Under the pieces are notes generated by a model. The model did not search any database, had not been told where the DNA came from, and worked only from the letters and a program-made list of their open reading frames with translations. Both the position numbers and the translations under genes were made by a program. A stretch of 64,000 bases of DNA from Paragordius varius (Eukaryota; Animalia; Nematomorpha): positions 3,906,001-3,970,000 of the forward strand of contig OZ176052.1 of the NCBI GenBank assembly GCA_964247055.1, written 5' to 3'. Below, in pieces: positions 55,377 to 64,000 of the stretch; position 1 is the stretch's first letter; each line of letters starts with the position of its first letter.

Positions 55377-57861
55377 ATGGATCTAAATCTTCTGATATAA
55401 AGAGATTCTTGGATATAAATTTTATTGACACAAATAAAACCAATCTCGATTAAATATTTATAGCTATTATATTTAAAGTATCAACTAACTAGTTATGATA
55501 ATAATTAATTCTTTATTAACGGTTAGACCGATTATATCTTTCTGACAGAAACTCTTAAGCAATTTTTTAAAAATGTATAAATCGTATAAACTATAAAAGA
55601 TAAAACGAATAATTGATTTGGTTTATATTATTAGTAAGATTAATAAATATAACGAAAAAACAAATGAATATTTATAAATAAACTATATAGGACCCTTGCT
55701 GAATCCTTTCTGTTGTATCTACCTACACATCTAACATATTTTTTTAACCATGTGCTAATTATTTTTTTCATATTTGGATACTCATTTGTTTTTTTCGTGA
55801 TAATCATTTATTAATGTTAGTGTATATTAATGTTATAAAAAAAATATTCTGTTTAAAAATTACTTCACGGTCAGTTATAATGACATTAATGATAGGTTGT
55901 TCTTGTTTCCCAATATCCGAATCCAAATCTTTTTCTGGTGTTGTCAAATTATTTTCTTTTTTAGCATTAGAAATACTCCAACATACATTAAGGATACCAG
56001 GATGCCGAACACTTGAATCAAGTCTATTAATTTAGCAAAAACATATGCCCATCAGATAATGGATTAAAAAATATACATCATTAAATTAAGAAAAAAGGTA
56101 TGTAATCCCTAGACATGGTAAAGAGCAAAACTGGGTTTGCTTTTTAATGTATGTTACTTTGAAAGATGTACAGTGAAATTAGATATTAAAAAACAGAAAA
56201 AATAAATATATCTAATAAAAAATTTTGGGTTAAATATTATAATCAATTCTATGCGAGAATTAATTGACTAAAAACAGTCAATCACAAAATAATTGATAAA
56301 AAATAATTAATAGTAGAAATTTTTTTTCCAATTTTAATAAGTCTTAAATTTAGATATAATGTATAATCATATGAAGTTAGATTAAAGTAAAAATTAGAAT
56401 TTTTTCAAATTGAGCATGATTCGAAATCATTTAAAATATGGAGTTTCGTTTTATAAACGATATTATACCTTTTCAATAAAGCGGCAGATTTTGTGTCAAA
56501 AATTTCAATTAAACCCTTATCACTTGCAGCGGCCAGAATGTTTGGGCTAAGATAAGAAACGCAACAGAAATCCTACAAAATAAATAAAATTTATTATAAA
56601 ATGATGCAAGAGGTTATCTTGATTTGATTTAAAAATAACGAGTTTATATTGATTTAATAAATCAAAAGATTTCCACATACCTGGTCAAAATCAGAATGTT
56701 TAAGAGTTGTAGATAGAGTCAAATCATGTCCTTTAAATATTTTTACTTGATTAAAAATAGGGACAGCTAAATACTGATTGGATGGATCCCAACATAATCG
56801 ACAATGACTTTTAGCGGCTCTGTTGGACATTAATATATATTTTAGAGAATTATATTAAAACCAAACGTAATTAAAGGATTATAGAGTTGGTATGACCGGT
56901 TATGAATGCATATATGATCGTTGGAATTGCTCATAAAAATCAACAACTTTCATAGATAATCCCGTAATTTAAATAATAATAAATAATATACGACTAAAAT
57001 AAATAAGGAATAAAAAAATGTGATATATTAAAATTTTATTAAATTATCAATATTAATATTTATGTCACTAATAAAACCAAATTGAGCGTTAAATAAATTG
57101 TTTTAACCTAAATATTTTAGATTGGTGTTAACTGCTTAGCATTTATAAAAGGTCAGCGGTTATTATTTGTGGAACGGTAAAGTAGGTGTTAATTTTTTTA
57201 CTTTAAACTATTATGCTTGGGTAGGATTGTAACCGTTTTGCGGCAGTTTGTAGTTATATAATCCCAAAGTCGTATTGTTCCATCACAACTAGATGATGCC
57301 TAAATGGCAAAAAAAATAGTTAGATTAAGTTATTAATGCATAATAATAATAATTAGGGAGGCAAACTAGAATATCAAATTCATTATTGAGATGAAAAGAT
57401 AAAATTGGAGCTTTGTGACCATAATAACTTTTCTGTGTATGATTTGTTATATTGATTCGTTTAATGGAAAAATCACTTGTATATATTAAAATTCCTAATA
57501 CTCAAAAGACACTATCACGTCATTAAATAATTCATCACATTGTATATATGTGGGACATGAAGTGTATAAGCCAATAAACTTCACATGTTCCCCTTCTTTA
57601 TCGTATAAATTAATTTCTTTATCAGAAGAACCAATTACAATATTGTCATTCTAAAAAATTATAATTAAATACAATAATTCCGAAAGCCGTTATTTTCTTT
57701 TCACATACAGCTTGTCCGATTAATTGACAATTTGTATCAATTAATTTCCACACATTGTTAAAACACAAATATATAGAGTTTCTATACGATATTATAAACT
57801 CATATTACAAAGGATTCGACGCAACGAAAACCGGGCCTGAAGATACTTTTTTATAATTCAT
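49110..57861 (-). CDS. WDHD1: WD repeat and HMG-box DNA-binding protein 1 (AND-1/Ctf4) orthologue
   Basis: N-terminal WD40 exons (SSCDGTIRLWD, RLCWDPSNQYLAVP); SepB region QKPFQPGSTP, KWNDVGII, IECEFLDKSIHH, GQDWLAMAC, MKLFAV and RAYTVVESM; C-terminal NPFKVK*. Start inferred at 57861. Confidence 0.9.
51989..52264. mobile_element. TACCATTTAC-TIR MITE with 21-bp subterminal repeats, copy 1 (degenerate)
   Basis: Units like ttcaaattcaccttgaacaa at the left; ggtgaatttgaattgtaaatggta at the right; flanked by (TA)n. Confidence 0.7.
53898..54183. mobile_element. TACCATTTAC-TIR MITE, copy 2
   Basis: TA-TACCATTTAC...GTAAATGGTA-TA, with mirrored 21-bp repeats in both arms. Confidence 0.8.
55331..55371. 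repeat. (TA)n microsatellite, representative of many (e.g. ~8515, ~17485, ~19275, ~24626, ~37681, ~52487, ~53605, ~60827)
   Basis: Direct inspection of the sequence. Confidence 0.95.
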
Positions 57862-58019
57862 GTTTCGCGCAAAAATAATTGTTACGCATATGATTTATAT
57901 CAGTTTCTTTCATAACCACAATAATAATTTTTGCAATATAATTTAAAGCCTTGTAAATATTGGTTTCAACAGCTATTTTTATTTTGACATAGTACTCATT
58001 GTTTAATACCTTTAGTTAA

Positions 58020-58325
58020 CACTTGGATACAACACCTTTATTTCAATCCTCCGATTCGAATTGGAGGTTTTAGGGACCTTAGGCATGTTTACTATTAAAT
58101 ATTTTGAAAAATATGGAATAAATTAGAACGATTTCAAAAGATTGCACTTTTATAGCATTAAACCGAAAAAAAAGAGTTATTTAAAATAATAACTTGATAA
58201 TTTTGCTTATTTTTATAATTATCAATAGGATAGAAGCATAAATTTAAATTGGAACTTTTTTTCAATTTTGAAAACAACTTAAATATAGTCTGGGATCTCT
58301 AGATATCCCAATTCGAATCAAAATG
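58020..58325 (+). mobile_element. piggyBac-like non-autonomous element, copy D (internally deleted)
   Basis: TTAA-CACTTGGATACAACAC at the left; cccaattcgaatcaaaatg-TTAA at the right; retains the taggatagaagc block. Confidence 0.7.
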
Positions 58326-60365
58326 TTAAAAAATAAGGTTTATTTAGATAATATTCATCGATTTATAACACTTCTAAATAATCAGCTGTAAAATCAAATC
58401 GGGAGTTACAATAGGCCAACTTTTCTATATTATTACGAAAATACCAGGGCGGGCTCAATATATTTATGGTTACCTGATACTATTGACCAATTTTTAGATA
58501 CTTTTTTTGAAATAAATTCCAGGTCAATTATTTCGACGCTATTTTCTTTTATATTTTTTAAAATATTATGCTTTCTTGGGTACAAATAAAATTTTTTATT
58601 TTTTATTAAATACAATAGAGAAAAATCAGAGAAAAAATATGAAACAATGGTCGATTTTGCAATATTTTCTATTTTAGTTTCTCGGTCATTTAATAATCCT
58701 AAAAGTGGTAGCAAAAAAATTAAAGAGCCGCAAAAATTATCTTGTCTAAAGGGCCATGCACCTTATAATAACGATAAAATTTTCGTAACTGTTATAAGTG
58801 CACATTATTCTTAAGTACAACAATAAGTTTTATAAATAATTCAACCATCCAAACTTTTGGGGCTGCCGATAAAGTAACTCTGGTTTAAATCGTTAAATTT
58901 AAAAGCATAAAATATAATTAATTTAGAATGAAAATTATATTATCTGAATTCCATATTTTAGATTCGACTTGAAAAAAAGCCTGGGATCCTACATTAAAAA
59001 TAAGGTAGTGTTCTGACTAACTTTAAATAATTACCCAAACACCAACCTAACTGGCGGTCCCAATTCACATAGCTTCTATCTAAATAAACATAATGGGCAA
59101 AAAAATTAAATATATGCAAAATTCAGAGCGACATTTGTCGGAATTTCAGGGTTGGTTGGGGATTTAGAAATCAATTAAACAAGTTTTTTCTAATTTTATG
59201 TTAATTGCTGAAAAATTGTAGAATTATCGCACAATAAAAAATATAGTAGCAACTAAATATATTGTAAATATACTATTGTTTCGAAAATTATTTTGGTTAA
59301 AGTATAATAACAAACATTGTCTGTATTAGAAGATGCTTATTTATAGACTTCTAGCCACTAAAGTTGAAGTTGATATAATTAATCGAAAGTTTGTTGATAA
59401 ATGTAATTTAAAAGCTTACTTAAGTTAATTTATTTCATTTTTCATAATCATTTATTTGCCTGTCGTACTAGCGACTCGAAAAAACTTTTAATGGCGAAAA
59501 AGTCGAGATTAAGATTTTATTACAATTTTACAGTTTAAAAATAAACTTACGCTACGCTCAAATCTACTCCTCTATTGCAGTGGTTCCTATTGATTTTATT
59601 TGCGCCTCACCATATTGAAAAACTATTGTCCCCCTCCTCCCAAAAACAAAAATAAAGATTTAAAATTAATTATAATATGTAAAAAGGATTTTTAATGAGA
59701 TCCTTGTATCGACCATTTAGATAAAGGAACTGAAAAGTATTAAGCGATTCCCCAACAAGATAATATTAATGATCAAATAACACAAAACAGTAAATTTATC
59801 ATAAATTAAAAGTCGTTTCTCCAAATTTTTAACCAATCTAGATTTTTCTACGCCCCCTTGAGGCAGTTACTCCACTACTCTGTTGTATTTACTTCGACCC
59901 AATCTCCGATGAAAATCCGATTATTAATTTAAGCCAATACCATATCGAAGCATATTCGTTTTACATAAGGTATGAACGTATGATTCAGATTACAACATAA
60001 CCTTTCCCATCTGGAGCTCACGGAAAAATCGTATTTGAAGTCTTTTAAATTTGAGTTTTTTTGAGCAAATATTAGCATTCATTAAAACATTTATACACCA
60101 AAATCGTAAAGGTTTCAATTTTTTATTGAAGATAAACTTATCTTAATTTTATACGCATTTCTAAATGTATCTTTCCAAATTTTGACACGTAACAAACAAA
60201 CATATAAATAATTAGCAGAGTCGCGGTCGTAATTATAATTTTTAATTTTATGTTTAAAACATATAAAAATATGTAATGATGTCACAATTCGCCATTTTTT
60301 AATGCGGCCCGCCAAAACTTTCGAGCTGAAAATATGACCCGAGAATTTATTTGTGTTTGATAGAC

Positions 60366-60630
60366 CAGGGGTGCCCAACACAAATCGCTTCGCGGGCGGC
60401 ATTTTTAACTCAATATAATTGTTACTAATTATTTAAATTATTGATCATTCCATTGGCATAATTTGGAAAGATACGTTCAGATTTTCCTACATTTATCTTT
60501 ACGGTTAAAGTAAATGATATAATTTTTGTCTTTTTACCAAGAAATTTTAATCATAAAATATTGTATTTATTTTTAACATTTTTTCACGGGCTGAAAATTT
60601 TTTTGGAGGGCCGCGTGTTGGACACTCCTG
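60366..60630. mobile_element. hAT-type MITE
   Basis: TIR CAGGGGTGCCCAACAC / GTGTTGGACACTCCTG (14/16 match), similar to the ends of the 44041 element. Confidence 0.75.
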
Positions 60631-60821
60631 CATTAAACAATTATTACATTTATATGGTAATTAAAACCTGCCTTTTAAAGTTTAACTTTGATGTTAATAC
60701 AATAGAAAAAAGGCCGAACACGTAAATAATTAAATAAAACCAAATCAAATGAACAATTTTTAATATTTAATTTATATATAATGTAACTCTATTTACTTTG
60801 TAATATTCAAGCCAAATACCG

Positions 60822-60863
<42 letters not shown>

Positions 60864-61162
60864 TATATTAAAAAAAGTTGATAAAGGTTTCAAATATCGT
60901 ATGTAATTTCCATTCTTTCTATTTATTTTAAATAAATATTTCGCGAGTTTAAAAAACACTTGTATTGATACACCTATTTACTAAATATATTATTTTGATC
61001 TTGTCAAGGAGTTTAATGACTTTCCTCATTATGATATTATAAAAAAAAAGTTGATTGCATATATATGAATGTATAAAAGCCACACATACCTGTGTGCAGA
61101 AAAGCGAAAGGAAAGCTATTTCAACCACCAGCAATATACAGTAGTATTTTATTTGTATATGC

Positions 61163-63528
61163 ATGCCTAATCAATGCCTTTTATTTGTGCTCAAACTATC
61201 TATTCTCCTATCGTTAGCCTATTTGGCCGTCATAAAATTATATCCCATTATTGTGCAAAACGAAAATTCTGTCGATACCCACGACAATTATGGATTGAAT
61301 AGCGGCGCTCAATTTTTATCACCATTAAAAGAAAATGTAAAATCCAACCCTATCAATATCAATGATAAAACAAATAATGATAAAAAGGATGGTAAAGATT
61401 GGTCACCTCAAAAATCCAATGATTTAAATGATAAGACATTATTGAGGGAATTAGCGATATGTCAAAATAGCGTAGAAATATATAAAAATCAAGTACATCT
61501 ATTGAATGAAAGCTTGCCGCCTCAAAAGGTAAATTTTATGTCTTTTTTTCAGAGATATATATTTTCTTAAAAACAATTTTATATTAAATAGTATTTGAAT
61601 ATTTTGCTGTAGTGCCCTAAACAGGAGCTGTTTTCAGCGGACGATATGGAAGTAGAAAAAATATGCATAAAGAAATATCCGATATTAGTAAATAAATTTT
61701 AATATCGCTTGATAAACTATTCTATATAATACAACTTAGATACTTATTTATATTATTTGCATGATTTTTTTGACTTGCATTTGGGAAAGGAGAAGGTGGT
61801 CTTTACTTTGCAAATTTTACTTACATATACCATTTACAGTTCAAATTCACCCTTTAACAATTCAAATTTACCCTTGAGTAATTCAAATTTACCCTCGAAC
61901 AATTCAAATTCACCCTAAATTAAATTACATGTTTTTAAAATTAAAAATTACCGATATTTTTTTTAAAAATTAAAATTTTGTTTAAAATTAATATAAAACT
62001 GAAAAAATAATAAACTATGCCATAAGAATATATTTGTTATTCATGATGAGTAATATTAGCCCGAAAACACATAATTTGTTTTTAGGGAGAATCTTAATTG
62101 TTCAAGGGTGAATTATTGTAAATGGTATATATTCAAATGCAAATAATTAACAATTTTATACATTTAATAAAAGCGCAAAGAAAAAAATCCAAACATACAA
62201 TTAATTAAAGTTAATGTGGAACCTAAAAACTCAATTCCAACCAGAAAAATGGAATTACTTCGATACTTTCAAAGGTAATAAAACTATCGTCCATACACTT
62301 TTATTTGAAATCCTAATAACGGTTAATTTTTTTTAGTTTTGCCAACAATATCACGTACAATTGTCAACATATGAAACGGATAGGTCATGAGGGAAACGGT
62401 GGTTGGAATATGTGTTTGGATGGAAAATTCGCTCTTAAAAAACCGTGCATCGTTTACTCATTTGGGTATTAATTGTACAGTGTATTCTCATAAATTGTTT
62501 ACCTCTATTCGTATTTTATGCTTATATTTTTGTTACCCGTTAAAAAATTAAAATATATTAAAAGAATTGATTTATTTACCCTTAAGGATATTAAAAATAA
62601 AAAGTAAATTTCTTTATTACCAAGGACTTTCCCGATATTTCTTGTTATTTATTTATATAACTAAAAACAAGGGTAGGAAGTGATTGGTCTTTTGATACTT
62701 CAGTATCCAATATGTTTGGATGCGAAAACCATGCTTTTGATCCCACAGTCGCTTTCAAGGGAAAAATGCTGAGTAAGGGTGTCTATTTTCACCCATGGGG
62801 TATAAAAGCAAAGGACGAAACTTCCTCAAGTGGTCAGGTATAAATAAATTTTTTACACTTATAATTATATGAACAAATGATTGTCGGAAAAATATAAGTA
62901 CAAAAACAGATTTTAGCACTGTTTTTTTAATTGTATAAAAAATGTTGTATCAACAATTCAAAAATTTAGAGGGGGTTAAAAATCGATGAGATTTTACAAA
63001 ACTGATATAATTTAAAGTAAAAACGTTTGATTATTAAAAAAATTGACATATAGTAATTAAAAATTAAATGTCCAATAACTTCTAATTACTTTAATTTCAA
63101 ATTTTTCAGGAGTTATTAATCCTGTTTGTATCCATTTGTAAAATCAGGTTTATTTATCCCTTCCCTCAATAATGCAACGCTTGGGTCATCAAACTACATC
63201 ATCTATACCCAATACTGCTAAGAAATCCGAAGAAAAACTAATAGATTTCCTAAAAATCGATATTGAAACTTGGGAATGGGAATCATTAGATGCACTAGCA
63301 AATTCAGATTTCCTTTCACGCCATGTGAAACAATTGGTTGGGGAATTTCATTATTATGGTATTGTACCACTGACCTTTATGAAACGAGTCCATCAAAAAC
63401 TTGTGGAACAAGGTTTTAAACTCTACTTTGCCCGTGCCAATCCGGGCTGTAAAATTAATCAGATCGGCGTTTTCCTACATTTCTATTGCTATGAATTGCA
63501 TTTTATTAACAAACGTTTTATGGAGTAG
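61163..63528 (+). CDS. METTL24: METTL24-like (FkbM-type) methyltransferase with N-terminal membrane anchor
   Basis: Hydrophobic N-terminus; motifs RIGHEGNGGWNMCLD, PCIVYSFG, DWSFD, GCENHAFDPT, IDFLKIDIETWEW and VKQLVGEFH, in consecutive spliced exons. Confidence 0.85.
61828..62127. mobile_element. TACCATTTAC-TIR MITE, copy 3
   Basis: TACCATTTAC...GTAAATGGTA with about 3.6 tandem 21-bp units in the left arm; lies in a METTL24 intron. Confidence 0.8.
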
Positions 63529-64000
63529 TAAAGCATTAATTTTATGTAAAAATGTAAATACTTGCAAAATCCAAATTTATCATGGGTGCTAATTATGTCA
63601 ATAAATATATTGTTATTATATAACCATTTTTGATCCAATGCAGGCCCCTGGCCATATAAATTATTTAAGCCTTGCAAATTTACCATCGATCTCGCCTAGT
63701 TTTTAGCTATCTGAACCTTTTTGGGTAAATTTTTAAGCCTAAACCTCATATTACTTTCAAACCCGATTTTCTATATAAAGAAGGCAATTTTTAATTTATG
63801 AAAATTGATTAAGTTTAGCACCATTTTTGATTTAATCACAACAGAAAAAAAATCCTAATTTTTATTCACACCATGAAAATTATGTAATTACTTGCGAAAA
63901 TCTAAAAACATCCTTCTATTCAAGGGTATATATATTAGAACAATGGTGAATCAAAACATGGTTCGAAAAGATTAAGGGTAAATTTAAATGGGTGAAGGAT

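Noticed and set aside
61835-61920. CRISPR-like array of 21-bp repeats
   Set aside because: The repeats are contiguous with no spacers, lie inside a MITE arm, and the genome is eukaryotic.
6861-63686. Many ORF-track entries (e.g. 6861, 13744, 14897, 19206, 20902, 34259, 40106, 42776, 46091, 60115, 60949)
   Set aside because: They are Ile/Phe/Tyr/Lys-rich AT-bias ORFs, antisense shadows of real exons, or lie within repeats; none has splice or motif support.

Overview
Very AT-rich eukaryotic DNA from a bilaterian invertebrate, probably a protostome; the species cannot be identified from the sequence. Introns are short, (TA)n microsatellites are common and transposon remnants are dense. Hand splicing supports seven genes. 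Five are conserved: a trachealess/NPAS1-3 bHLH-PAS factor (+), an animal heme peroxidase of chorion-peroxidase type (-), TTC38 (+), WDHD1/AND-1/Ctf4 (-) and a METTL24-like methyltransferase (+). Two are not annotated as such in the ORF track: a 10-exon secreted Gly/Pro-rich gene whose eight internal exons (18-102 nt) are all symmetric phase-1 cassettes (-, 583-5286), and an 11-exon orphan secreted glycoprotein (+, 41423-48792) with a decayed hAT transposon in one intron. Repeats include a four-copy TTAA-flanked piggyBac-like MITE, a three-copy MITE with 21-bp subterminal repeats, TA-CAGT hairpin MITEs, a 1-kb foldback, hAT MITEs, and Gypsy and RTE remnants. No rRNA, tRNA or CRISPR array was recognised. 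All gene models were read by eye and need RNA-seq confirmation.
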